Source: Perkinsus chesapeaki ATCC PRA-425
Taxonomy: Eukaryota > Protista > Perkinsozoa
Length of the DNA stretch: 64,000 bases
NCBI GenBank assembly: GCA_013115145.1
Contig: JAAPAO010000127.1
Span: forward strand, 1 to 64,000
Reading direction: 5' to 3'
The position numbers were made by a program, and so were the translations under genes. Under the pieces are notes generated by a model. The model worked only from the letters and a program-made list of their open reading frames with translations, was not told the DNA's origin and did not search any database. Below are positions 22,701 through 35,055 of this stretch, in pieces (position 1 is the stretch's first letter; each line of letters opens with the position of its first letter).

Positions 22701-23099
22701 CTGTACAGCAAATAATGCCTCCCACTGGACACAATCACCTCCGACATATCGACAGAAATTCCAAGTCATTCCTCTTGGTGACCAGCTTCATCGGAGATAC
22801 GGGCATTTTCCCAGCAAATATTTACCATTTCCTTACCCCGTGGTCCTCAAGCACGATGCTGGTTGCACTCTTCTCTTTGCAAATCTCAACTGCCGCCGCC
22901 GAGTTCACGTCAAACGTGTAGCCAAAAACAGAAGTCTGCCGAACCGGCGAGCTTTCTGAAAAAAATCTGAAAAATTTCCGCAAAATATTTTACTCGTTTT
23001 AAACTGTAGGATCCAGTCCATCGACATCCTGGTCATAATAAGATTCTCGTCATTGGCAATCTCACCGAGTAGTGATATAAACCTTGCTCGTCTGGGCAT
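19768..23099 (-). CDS. RimK-like ATP-grasp ligase, bacterial-type, multi-exon (start approximate)
   Basis: Exons translate to RFISLLGEIANDENL..DWILQF, GYTFDVNSAAAVEICKEKSATSIVL, EYRVV..YSKQRQSVKGDGVKTITEL, PLQWKHNLGLGAKA, LAVAATNAIGIDFCSVDVVELTNGELKILE|VNCGVMMDNF; these match the ATP-grasp/RimK C-terminal D..E..EVN pattern; stop TAG 19768-19770. Confidence 0.75.
19779..19833 (-). other. 55-nt intron containing a tRNA-like 3' end
   Basis: GTGTACGAAAACCCGCGGAGG-TTCGATC-CCCGG-GAGAGGC-G-GTTTAATTTAACAG. Confidence 0.6.
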
Positions 23100-23747
23100 T
23101 AAAAAGTGATGCTTCAAAGAGCTTGATATCATCGGTGGTATTTTACTAGGGATAACCATTACAACAGAAACAAGTGCAGGAGACTTAACTGTACGATTAG
23201 AAGGAAATACGGTATAAAAAATTAACCTAATAATTTTGTTCGGCCAATAATATATTTTAGAAGTTTGAGTTTTCAAAGAGTACCCTGCGAACTTTTCCAG
23301 GATGGTCTATTTCGATGAGTAAATTATCGATTGCCGGACAAATGCTGAAACGCTGACGAGTGATACATGTTGCCAGGATTCCGATTGACCTGAATAATCC
23401 TCAAACAAACCAACAGCTTTTTTTTCTGCTAGTACGCGGAAAACACTCCGACTAAAAGATAAAAAAACAAATACCGTACCCGTGGTTCGAACCCGAGTCT
23501 TCACCACGACGGAATCCCGAGCAAGTACATCCTCAAGCGTCTTTTCATATGCTCGCCTGTTCGCTCGATTTCCTGCATTTCAGATTCTCAAGGAAGTCGC
23601 GCGATTCCTAAGGACGCTTGCTCGTACTCTTAACCTGCGTCTCATTCTTCTGTTTTGGGTTCACTTTGCAGCTCGAGTTTTAGATCAACCCGTCTGAAAA
23701 TTAGGGTTTCTGTGCTGCAATTAGATATTTAGTTAGTTTTAGAGCTA

Positions 23748-24960
23748 ATGATTAGTTTTGGTAAAGAACAATACCCCATTTTCATCGTTGTATTATTGCT
23801 GTCCCAACCGCAACAAGCTAGCTCGTCAATGAAGATGGATCCACTGTTGGAGCCAATACTAGGGGGCACCGAGGTGAGACAATGTGACTATCTCAGCACC
23901 GTGGGACTCTCGGCACATATCAGAAATCAGAAATCACAGGCTGCTCCTTCAACAACCGATAAGCGACAGACCTTGCATTTCGATGTCCATTCGGATGATA
24001 GGGATGAGCATGATAAGGTATTCTTCAAATGTCGGTATTTCCCCCAGCAAAGGGATGCTCATCTACAAGATTCAGTTGGCAGCTACATTGATGTTGTCCA
24101 GATCACCTTCGGAAGATAATATGGAGCAGATCATGCTTACGAGTGCTGAGAACATCTGGTGAAGAGGCCGCGAATGTCAAGCTTTAACCAGCCCCGGAGC
24201 AGATTTGTGGGGATATGATGTTATTATCGGTGGTGATGTTATTATGGAAAAATTAAAAGCTGCTAAATACGGTATCAGAATGAACCCTACAGGGGACTCC
24301 AAGTTGAGAAATCAACTGGTGATGAGATTCCGCTACAGGCTTTTCCCAAGGATTTATGATAATCCCCCGGATGTGTACCAGATAGCTGCGACTAATTTTG
24401 CACGTGCATTGGGACTGGTATCAAAGGTGAGCCCAACGGGCCGCCAACGCTCATTACTGAGGGTGTGCTTGCTGATGTAGAAAACCTGTGCGGCTTACTT
24501 GTTGTTTAAGTACAAAAAGAGGAGTAAAAGTTTGCAAATACAAAGGATGCCATTCTTCATCGGCAAGGGAGGATACAGCGAGGTGGATCATGCGGGGTAA
24601 GTTTGACGGCGGTTCACGATAGTAAGTAAGACTTGAGCCCCCTTCAGCATTTCGGTCGAACTGAAATTCAACATGTCTCAGCTTCGCCTGTTGGGGTCTA
24701 AGGTGAAAATAATGACATTGCGGCAACCAATCATGGGGAGAGATCTCATTACTCAATCACATCAGTACGCTAAACATGCCAAGGAAATGCTCGCACGAGA
24801 TGGAGTCTATGTCACTGAACATCCTGGAACACCTCGGTGGGTGACCGACTCAACTTCATTTGGATACGAATCAAGGCTTTTTGCCAACATCAAAACTATT
24901 ATTATTTACCTAACAGGAGGTACGACCGATTTTCAACCTTGGTGCGGATACCGTAAATAA
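23748..24960 (+). CDS. Hypothetical multi-exon protein with probable signal peptide
   Basis: Hydrophobic N-terminus (IFIVVLLLSQPQQASS), GTGAG/GTATT/GTGAG donors, successive plus-strand frames; no family recognised. Confidence 0.5.
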
Positions 24961-25176
24961 ACAACTCAGACAGCTCTTAAATGAGAAAGTTTGTAGTATT
25001 TGCCCATTGTATTTTCTCATTGATCTGTCTTCAAGTTGTCCTCTTAATCATGGTATGTCTATCTTTATGTGAATGCTGTCATGCTGTTCAAATGGGTGTT
25101 TCGAGTTACTAGTCAACAGCAACTTTTTGAAGCACCTTCTTTGCGTTCAGCGCCACACATTAGAAATAATTGAAGG

Positions 25177-25900
25177 CTATAACATTCCCACGATACGTAT
25201 TAAAATCGTTTTGTTACTCCAGCTTCCGTTGCCTGTGCTTGCGCTCACGCCGATGAAAATGGATGCAATGCTACTCTCTATAAGACTGGGGCGGGCGAAG
25301 TGGGACCGCTGCAGTTCGTATTTTAATACAGGATAACTTTCAAAAGCCAGTTCAAGACGCCGACTCAACGCCATGTCTTCCAGATATGGGGTATTGAGGA
25401 TGCGGACATTGGCGGACGTCGAAACAATTGGGCACGCACAGAGAGCTTGGACTCCAAGCTTGGACTCAACTTAGATCTCCAAGCTCTGGAGATATAATTT
25501 GAGTCGCAGTCGGAATCTTCATTTATCTGTGCTGCCACTCAATTCTATGCAAAGGAAAGGTTTACTATGTTTCCTTAACCCTGATGTCTAGACATCCTTA
25601 ACCCAACAACAACAACAACCTGAAAGTCATAGTTCTTCCCGGTCGAATTCATCCAACTGACGGAACGGGCACATGAGAAGAGCCTCCAACTCTGAGGCCT
25701 TCTTCGTTGGCAGTTGTACTGCCGCAGTTCCTGTCACTATTCAGCTCAACGCAGCGCTGTCTGATATATTATAACGTATAATTGATGCCAAGTAAATGTA
25801 AGAAAAGTATATAACTGACCGATGAAAGGTAAACTTGAGGTAGAGAGCAACCCCTTCATCCTCCAGAAACCTGTCGTGCGCGTACAACAAAGCTTGTCAT
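25177..25900 (-). CDS. Hypothetical gene fragment(s)
   Basis: Coding-like last exon (MALSRRLELAFESYPVLKYELQR..) with upstream GT-AG segments; weak. Confidence 0.3.
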
Positions 25901-25952
25901 CTCAAATCTCCTATACGGAGCTTTCACTGGGGAAGGTCTAACGCAGCCATCT

Positions 25953-26576
25953 TTATTGAACAAGCTTAACCTCAAACTGTGGACCGTTCTCGAGTTGAAC
26001 ATAGAATTTACATCCATCCTTCCAGAAGTCGAACCTGTGAGGGCTCAGACCAATATGCTCATGTATCTTAGAAGTGCAAGAGCTCACGAGGGTACATCGG
26101 GTGATGTCGATAGTTTGGCATAGTGTAGGTTCACAGGTGAAATTACCCTTCTTCGTCCGAAAGCCAAATGGCATCATATACGAGGATTCCGTCTCCGCCT
26201 CCTTCGGTACATTCATATGCATAGTATTTCCGGAAAAGCTGCCTTCATATACGCCAGCATGTATCAACCCTGGTGGAGGGCATCCCAGAATACAAGATGC
26301 TACAAACCATATAGCAAACCATACCGTAAGCTTTCTGGCGCTCAATATATAGTATGCTTTTAGGGCCCTCTGGGCCTTACCATAGTTGCCGTTGTACTCG
26401 TGGAGTTCAGGGGAAGTGGGAGAGGAAGGCATAACAATAAAAGTAGTAGTATAACTTTGAACTGCGATCTTAGCGACGTTCTTCCGAAGAAGCCTCCTCG
26501 AATGAACCGATTCATACCGGGAGCGCCCTACAAACGAAATTCGTTGAACGAATAGCAATACTTTGCACTTATACAT
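25953..26576 (-). CDS. Small secreted/membrane protein family, copy 1 (true start may be ATG at 26432 or a spliced ATG)
   Basis: Hydrophobic LTVWFAIWFVASCILGC then AGVYEGSFSGNTMHMNVP and Cys-rich C-terminus; paralogues at 29559, 32938, 35056. Confidence 0.75.
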   Translation of the reverse strand: MYKCKVLLFVQRISFVGRSRYESVHSRRLLRKNVAKIAVQSYTTTFIVMPSSPTSPELHEYNGNYGKAQRALKAYYILSARKLTVWFAIWFVASCILGCPPPGLIHAGVYEGSFSGNTMHMNVPKEAETESSYMMPFGFRTKKGNFTCEPTLCQTIDITRCTLVSSCTSKIHEHIGLSPHRFDFWKDGCKFYVQLENGPQFEVKLVQ

Positions 26577-27223
26577 GTCACGGTCACAATGGCACCAAGA
26601 ACTTTGGCCAAGTTACCTCACTCTGAAAGGCTGCCTCATCTACCTTGCTCTCAGGGCATCCTTCCATACCTGCAACAAGGTCCCAGGCTACAAAGCTTGA
26701 GGACAACTTCTTCAGCTGTAGTGTATGGCAACGATTGGTTGCCATCGTAGGTGACCGAGGCCGGGATTCACGTACCATCTGGCGAGCGCGAAGGACATGT
26801 CACCTGGGGCACAAGGCGCCAAGTTGGGTAAACCATATCGTCCGCATCGGCGATGTATCATATCGGCATATGTACATGCAACGGGCTGTTGCATGTGTCT
26901 TGCACAGCATTTTAATGCAGTGACTGCGTCGCAATCAACGTTGAGTCATCATAGTCTCACTCAAATATAGTAACCGCTTAGACTGAGGTGGAATTGATTG
27001 TCCGAAAGACGAGATTTCTGATTTCCCTGAGCAAGCGGAATTGAAGGCACATTCTGGGTTCCGAGGCTGAATACAATTCAATCGAACATCTCAAGACGAG
27101 TGTCCCAAATGGGAACAAGATTTGCCGGTATCGGATTCGACCTCCATGTTCGCTCACCGCCGAATTCGACGTTTCCAAGGACGAACTAGATACTGTGAAG
27201 GTGTGCATACATTGATAGGAAAA
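26191..27223. repeat. ~1 kb segmental duplicate (partner 29797-30841)
   Basis: Near-identical sequence from gtctccgcctccttcgg through the upstream region to gataggaaaacct. Confidence 0.9.
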
Positions 27224-27579
27224 CCTCCGTTTTGAACTGTAAGATGTAAGACTAACAGCCTGAACCTTACTGGTACAGGACCGCCTTAATAAGACGGCCT
27301 TATGACAAAGCCCTTGCTGACGAGACTGCTTCAGAGAAGTGCTAGTGATTTGCTAGTTGAGACAACACTACACTGGATGAAATAGGGAGGGAATTCCTAG
27401 AAATAAGCCAATAATCACTCGATAGAAATGCTTCGACTTCATAGTCTTCGCTTAGCTCCTATCTTCTTACTACATATAATATTATACAAATATCTACTAG
27501 GTCTTCGTGACGAAGCGGCGGAGCTCGTTCAGCTGCTATTTTGCTCGTTGTTAGTTCGTCATCACACGCGTAGGGCTTT

Positions 27580-27890
27580 GGAGGTGCGAGCGAGTGATCA
27601 AATCGCGCGGAAACGATTTAGAGAAGAAGACGTGGGTTCGACTCCCACAGGCCGCATTTTCCGTCAAGTAATGTTTTTGCGCTTCCACTCGACACACGGG
27701 GTAGCTTTCAAAAAATTACAAAAAATAATTTTCTTGGCATCCCCAGAGGGAGGGGAGTTTTTTCGTATACAGGTCATCAGCTAGTTCGCTCTGGTTAACG
27801 GGAAATAACTCGTACGCACGCACGCACGGCGAAATGATCCATTTCCAGATAATAAGCCCCGCTCGCTTCGCTCGCTCCGCAATTGTAATG
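27580..27890 (+). repeat. Intergenic element with a tRNA 3'-end module and a CGCTCGCTTCGCTCGCTCCGC motif
   Basis: GTGGG-TTCGACT-CCCAC-AGGCCGC-A-TTTT at about 27633-27661; ccccgctcgcttcgctcgctccgc near 27857-27880. Confidence 0.45.
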
Positions 27891-29558
27891 TATGACATGT
27901 TCCAATCACAAGGCATCAACTTCGAATAGGCCTGGTTGTCCAAACCCTGGCGGCTAGGGACCCGAAGTTCGGGACCCGAGCGTGTGAAATGTGTAGGTGC
28001 ATCTAGGGTCGTTCAATAGACCGATCTTCAAATTCAGGATCAATTCCAGAACTGCATTTTACATGGCAAATGCGATGTTGGAATCGATTCTGAATCCCAG
28101 AATTGGTTCAATAAACACTGGGACTGATACGCGGAGCTTCGTCCAGAATCGGGACAGCCGGATAATATGAAGTCGAAACTGGCTGAACTATGGCACTGTC
28201 CGACAGTAACTGTCGGGTGTTAAATTGGGTAGACCCATTCAAAGAGTCGAGATCAGCCGTCTTCAAGGCGCTACAACTATGACAGTTAACTTATTTAAGA
28301 TCGACTATAGGCCCGGTCGATATAATAAACCAAACAGATGGATTATAGAAGGATCCAATTGCTTATACACTAGTATATACCTTACGAAGTATACAGCATT
28401 AGCTAGGCTTAGATATCATATGTAACACAATGGGGACAAGCTTTGTGTTAAGCTTATACTACACGACTGAACTCATCTATTGATAGTATCAATTTGATAC
28501 CACTTGAGAGTTGAATTCTGTGGCGGGACCTTCAGGTCATTAACGCTTGATACTAAGATCCAGTCCGGAGCATGCGATCCAGACTGGACCAGTCCCACGA
28601 CTGCCGTGGCACGACAAAAGAGTTTGGTGTAACTGCATTGGTTTACCAGTTCAGCTTGACCTTAGCGAAGTTCTGCCAAGGCCAATTCACGTCGTCTGCT
28701 TGATGCATGACATCTCATCAACTGAGTGCCGTGACGGTATATAGCCGACCGATTATCGGATGATTCGAACAGTTCTAAGTCCGAATAGTTCGGATGAATC
28801 GAACGTATAATCTCAACCATTGTATATAACACAAGGAAAGCCATTGGACGGATAACGTGGGACAAAGGAAAAAGCCTTAGCTGGCAACAATGATTGATTC
28901 TCTACAGTTCTGGAACACTCCAAGCAGTTATTGGACTGTTCGTGGGACCCATTCAAGCACAGGGGTACTGACACCCCGAACTACCCACATATCACACCAT
29001 TGGCAAATCAGTACAACGCAACACGTAGACAATTCAATACCGGAACAAAGAAGTCTGAACTCTGATGCTTGAAGTCCAATTACAGGACAATTTCAGACGC
29101 TCTCGACCGGAGCCTCATACAGAATGTCATAATTCATCATCAACAACAAACTGGTTACGCCGTGGCACCAAAGCTTGAGACTTGAGATTCTATACGGAAC
29201 TTTACTAACAAAAAGTCTGTTGCTTACATAATGGCGGCAGGACGGCAACAGTCGTGACTCAAGGTGACCTATCTTAGTCTAAGACTTGTACTCTAACTTC
29301 AGCACTGAACTTAGAGTATAAGTCTGTGATTGTCAGCATAATCCATATAAGTCACTGGAAATTACTGGTCTGCAATTATCACGACTGAAGAACTGGCATC
29401 ACAGTGTGATGATTATACAATATAGAGCAGGCGGGAACTGTTCAAAAATGTGCTCAAGTAAAGAGTCTCAACACTGTTAGAGCAACAATGACTGCAAGTA
29501 GCCAGCGTTGCGCAAGGCATGCATGCATGCATGCCAGCTAAGCTAAGCTGGCCCAGCT

Positions 29559-30182
29559 CTATGAAACACGCTTAACCTCAAACCTTGGACAGTCTTTGAA
29601 CTCTACAAAGTACTTCTGGCCATCCATCAGGAAGTCGAAGTAGTCGGGGCTGATACCCATATACTCTTGTAGCTTAGAAATGCAAGCGGGAACAAGGGTG
29701 CAGCGTGTCCAACCATTGATTTGGCATAGCGTAGCTGGACAGGAAAATGGACCCTTCGGCGTCCGGAACCTCAAGTCCATCATGTACGCGCTTTCTGTCT
29801 CCGCCTCCTTCGGTACATTCATATGCATAGTATTTCCGGAAAAGCTGCCTTCATATACGCCAGCATGTATCAACCCTGGTGGAGGGCATCCCAGAATACA
29901 AGATGCTACAAACCATATAGCAAACCATACCGTAAGCTTTCTGGCGCTCAATATATAGTATGCTTTTAGGGCCCTCTGGGCCTTACCATAGTTGCCGTTG
30001 TACTCGTGGAGTTCAGGGGAAGTGGGAGAGGAAGGCATAACAATAAAAGTAGTAGTATAACTTTGAACTGCGATCGTAGCGACGTTCTTCCGAAGAAGCC
30101 TCCTCGAATGAACCGATTCATACCGGGAGCGCCCTACAAACGAAATTCGTTGAACGAATAGCAATACTTTGCACTTATACAT
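29559..30182 (-). CDS. Small secreted/membrane protein family, copy 2
   Basis: N-terminal part nearly identical to copy 1, C-terminal ~80 aa divergent. Confidence 0.75.
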   Translation of the reverse strand: MYKCKVLLFVQRISFVGRSRYESVHSRRLLRKNVATIAVQSYTTTFIVMPSSPTSPELHEYNGNYGKAQRALKAYYILSARKLTVWFAIWFVASCILGCPPPGLIHAGVYEGSFSGNTMHMNVPKEAETESAYMMDLRFRTPKGPFSCPATLCQINGWTRCTLVPACISKLQEYMGISPDYFDFLMDGQKYFVEFKDCPRFEVKRVS

Positions 30183-30841
30183 GTCACGGTCACAATGGCA
30201 CCAAGAACTTTGGCCAAGTTACCTCACTCTGAAAGGCTCCCTCATTTACCTTGCTCTCAGGGCATCCTTCCATACCTGCAACAAGGTCCCAGGCTACAAA
30301 GCTTGAGGACAACTTCTTCAGCTGTAGTGTATGGCAACGATTGGCTGCCCTCGTAGGTGACCGAGGCCGGGATTCACGTACCATCTGGCGAGCGCGAAGG
30401 ACATGTCACCTGGGGCACAAGGCGCCAAGTTGGGTAAACCATATCGTCCGCATCGGCGATGTATCATATCGGCATATGTACATGCAACGGGCTGTTGCAT
30501 GTGTCTTGCACAGCATTTTAATGCAGTGCCTGCGTCGCAGTCAACGTTGAGTCATCATAGTCTCACTCAAATATAGTAACCGCTTAGACTGAGGTGGAAT
30601 TGATTGTCCGAAAGACGAGATTTCTGATTTCTCTAAGCAAGCGGAATTGAAGGCACATGCTGGGTTCCGATGAAGTTGAATACAATTTAATCGAACATCT
30701 CAAGACGAGTGTTCCAAATGGGAACAAGATTCGTCGGTTTGGGATTCGGACCTCCATCTTCGTTCACCGTCGCGAACTCGTTGTTTCCAAGGACGAACTA
30801 GATTTTCATTAAAAAGATGTGTATACATTGATAGGAAAACC
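29797..30841. repeat. ~1 kb segmental duplicate (partner 26191-27223)
   Basis: Direct alignment by eye, offset about 3.6 kb. Confidence 0.9.
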
Positions 30842-31703
30842 TGTATACATTGATCAGGCTTCTCTTATGTCACCTAAATTGTCTCCCGGGGGAAAGCTCT
30901 TTCTTTTATCGAGTAGCTGCTACTCAGTAGCATAACTTCCGCTTTGTTAGACTTGCCCATGCCAGTGCGTCGTACGAAAACGTTCCTGTCAAACCCCCTC
31001 TCCGCTGATAGATCCACTAAAGACCTAACCAGCAATAATGCGTTGTTGGAGGATCAGTTCTGGGATATATGCAGGCTCTCGCCTACGTACGCTGGCGATT
31101 TTAGGGTGAGTCGAACTGTGCTACGGGTTAAGCTCGCACGTAAGCAAGTTATTACTGCACGACAGCTCCTTGCAGGTATGCATAGAGCTATGGTTCATGG
31201 GCCACGAATCGTGGCTCCGCAACTTTGAGCAGTTCAACTTGAACCCAACACAAGACCTGCCGAAAAGCTAATTAAATGAATGCTATGGCCCTGAATGATT
31301 GTGCAATAAGGGTTATGAGAAACTCCAAGTGCAGAGCAATTGTAGAGCCTGACACAGCTTATAGCAGTTCATTACTGAAAAGATATTCGTTACACAATTG
31401 CAAGAAAGCTTGAAGCTCCGGCGCGAAACAACTATGTTACAATGATAGGTGGGAATATATTGCTCCTTAACCAGTCCAAGGAAGTCCATAAACTCAATAC
31501 ATTGAAGTGTCTCCAAGTGCGCCAAGAGAAATGACACGCTTTTGCAGCTGGATCACCGGCAACTCTCGCGACCGAAGGACAGCATCACACAGTTTAGAGT
31601 AAACAGAGCTCGCTCAACAGACAGCTGTGTGCAGTTGGAAGTGTGGATGGATCTTCAACTGGTCTTCCAACAGTGAATGTGAACAGGTCGCTTGGTGCAA
31701 GCA

Positions 31704-31870
31704 TTATTCAACTGTCACGACCTCAAACTTAGGGCCATCGCTGAGATCTACAAAGGACTTGCACTTCTGACGAGAGAAAAATAACCCGTTGGAATTCAGG
31801 CAGGTATACTCGCGTAGTTTACCAATGAAGTTGTCTGTAATAAGACATGCATTGGAAGTGAAATGGTTGC
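31704..31870 (-). pseudogene. 3' remnant of a fifth member of the small secreted family
   Basis: Translates to FIGKLREYTCLNSNGLFFSRQKCKSFVDLSDGPKFEVVTVE*, aligning with KYYVDFSKGPHFEVVRTS* and KFYVQLENGPQFEVKLVQ*; in-frame stop upstream. Confidence 0.65.
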
Positions 31871-32937
31871 GCTTTTAAACGGCGCTGAAATATGCACCCA
31901 ATACCTATCTTCCCTTCAACTATATAAACAGTCACCCTACATTTACACTAAGATCGTCTTTTCGAAAAGGCCCTCTTCAAGGCAGCTAAATTAGAAAATA
32001 GATATATCATCGACATTACGCTACAGCTATCAGTCTGATGACAATGTATTATGGATTCCATGATGGAATTTCCATCGTACACTGCTATCGTGAGTCATGA
32101 TTCATAAGTTATGAATCAAAACACGGCCGCCTTGATTTTATATCTAGGACTCCCAAGACTGGGAGAACGACGTTTTAGGATTCCCTAGACTCAGTCCAAG
32201 TCGAACTGATTTCAGTTATCAAGTAAATCTTTGTCGATCAATTCAATACCTCAGGAATAGATAAGTGCAAATACAGTATATTCCAAAAAGAGGAAAGTTA
32301 ACCATTTGCGGTTGAAGTTTTGCACCTCGTGGCCTTAGTTGAGAGCGCTCATCATCGCCACGTTACCCTATGCAAGGTACTGGTACCACGGTGGTACCAA
32401 ATCGGATTGCTTACACTGACGGGTAGTTACTTCCCATCATTTACATCTTTTGAGTGCATGATCCAAATATAAACGCAATACTCAAGATAATGTATGACTG
32501 AGTAATAAGCAGGATGAACGGATCCAAGTACAAAGCAATTATAGAGCGTCATAATAGTGACATTGTTCATCATCAACAAAATGTTGAATGGCCCCGCCAC
32601 GCAACGTATAACAAAGATCATTATCTTGAAAGTCCCGCACGGGATAACTACTAATAAGAATGCTGACATCATGGCGGCAAGTCACATTAGATGACTGAGC
32701 TTCGTACGCTGATAGTAAGGAATAGAGCAAATCAGCAAGGTCGCTACCAGCATGGTGATCCGAGAGCTACGCTTTTGTGACTGGCTCACCGACAATACTC
32801 GCGACGGCAAAAGGGCAGCGTCACACTATGTAGGCCAAAACGATTCTGTTTCATAGAAAGCTATGCAGCTGAAATGACGTGTGCAGGTTAAAGTGGCGTT
32901 GCAACAGGGACTGTGAGCAGCCAGCGTGGCGGTGGCT

Positions 32938-33426
32938 TTAGGATGTACGGACGACCTCAAAGTGAGGGCCTTTACTAAAATCTACGTAGTACTTGCAGTG
33001 AAGCTCAGAGAATGCAAAGAAGGCAGAGTTCACACCAATATATGCCCGTATCTTGGATCTGCAACTGTCAGAGGGAGTACAAACATGATTAGTAGGATCC
33101 ACATCAGTAGTGCATAACGTAGGCTCACAGGTAAATACACCATTCGGCGTCACAAAGCCCAATCCCATGTAGTATTCGACATCAGTCTCTGCTGCCTTCG
33201 GCACGTTCATTTGCATGGTATTCCCATCAAAGTTCCCTTTATACACACCAGCGGTAATGCTACATTCAGGAGGGCAACCAATCATGCAGGATGCTACAAA
33301 CAACATAGCAAACCATGCTGTAAGCTTCTTCAAGCTCAATATAGAGTACACCTCTAGGGTATACTTGACCTTCTTCCCGCCACCGGTATACTCGCAAAGT
33401 TGAGCAGAAGTGAGAGAGGTAGTCAT
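32938..33426 (-). CDS. Small secreted/membrane protein family, copy 3 (most divergent)
   Basis: LTAWFAMLFVASCMIGC..AGVYKGNFDGNTMQMNVPKAAET..GPHFEV. Confidence 0.75.
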   Translation of the reverse strand: MTTSLTSAQLCEYTGGGKKVKYTLEVYSILSLKKLTAWFAMLFVASCMIGCPPECSITAGVYKGNFDGNTMQMNVPKAAETDVEYYMGLGFVTPNGVFTCEPTLCTTDVDPTNHVCTPSDSCRSKIRAYIGVNSAFFAFSELHCKYYVDFSKGPHFEVVRTS

Positions 33427-35055
33427 TAATGAAGGCTATACAACCCCATCGAGCTCATTCTAGAAGAGTCTCGTCGATGGGTAGTGGACGCGGTACATAT
33501 CAACTAGCGAATAACGAGCACAAATACTACTTTTCTCCTTGACCGGTCTCGATTTCCTCTCCAGAATTAGCCAACTGTTTCGTTTCCCAGCAGCCGTACG
33601 TGCAAATGTCATAGTCTAACTGTGACAGTCACACCGGCGCTCATACCTTTCATGAAGTCATCTCTGCCATGAGACGACTTAAGGAGAGCCTTGCGAAGCC
33701 TTTCCTAGGAACAATTCGACCCGGTTTCCTCACATAAGATCTTAGTAACCTCGTGCTAGTACCTTCTTGTGCAATCGAGGGAGCACCGATGAAGGTTCAC
33801 GAAATCCATGCTTTCCGGAACTATTTCGGAAACCATGATCTAAAAAGCTCGGTCTCTTAGAGACCGTCGCTACTAAACTTTCCGATGAGCTGCGTATCCG
33901 CGTAATGATACTGGTTCTCCAGGGCGAAGTGGCCGAGCTGCTTAGTTTTAGGGCTCCAGCAGCGTACATGTATGCTTCGACCGCGCCACTGTAGTCGATT
34001 TTCGGTCACACGAGCCAAATGTATGTTACACTGCGTGAAGGAGGGAAAATTACCAAGTGAGATTTAGCAAATCTAATTCAGTTGCAGTTGCTTCGAAATG
34101 TGCACTTGCACGTCATAACACTTGTTCTCTTCGTAGTTATGATCGAGAATCGCCGTTAGAGTGCGTTAAGGCTCTGCTGAGGTTCAGCAGAGGAGCGTTT
34201 GTGATAGTGGCGGTGACAGAGTGTTATTCATTGCGCTGCACAGCCAATCAACCTTCGTTATGTCACTAGAGAAGAAGTTCCGGTAGTTACAGCTGCTTAG
34301 GAAAAAGGTATGACCCTTGTTATATTGGCAAATGTGGAGAAAATCACGTAGATCCAAGCTACACCTTTCAGCTCAAACGTTTCAAATCAAGCTTGTTCTT
34401 TTAAGCCAAGCCAAAGAGCTCCAATCCGAGCAAAAGGGTTTGCTTCAACCTTATTGATCGACCTTGGAGAAATCCAGCCAAGACCAGTTCACATGAGTTC
34501 ATGGGTGAGCCCCATCATTGTCTGTCAAGTGAGTGTTGTGACGATATATCGCCGACCGATTGGTGGGTGATTCGGGCGTGTCTGATTATCGGTTGAACCG
34601 ATTCGGTTCTATAATATAACCATGTTTTATATAACGCAAGGGTAGCAGCTATTGGATGGACGACTTAAGAGAGAGGGAAAAGGCTTATATTCCAGATTCT
34701 ACAGTCTATAACACTTGAAGCAGTGATAGCAACATTCATGGGGACAAGTGCAATAGCTGAACTACTCAACTGAGGGCTCTCCAAGCACACGCGTACTCCT
34801 GGCGTGAGTCTCCTGCTCGTGCCCACATATCAGTGGGGCACGCGGAGCAACAAATAGACAACAATAATACAACACAAACTTGGACCCCCGAGGAGCTCCG
34901 ATACGGAGCTTTTTTTGAGAAAAAGTCTGATGCTGGTATGTGCCAACAGCTCAATGCACGCAGCTGCGAGCGCATGTTCAAGTAGAGACGCGCAACAGTG
35001 CTGGGGCAAGAGTGACTGCGAATAGCCAGCGTTGTAAAGGCATGCACTGCCAGCT

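Noticed and set aside
27580-27661. Complete tRNA gene
   Set aside because: The T-arm and 3' acceptor strand are perfect, but no complementary 5' acceptor strand, D-arm or anticodon arm is present upstream
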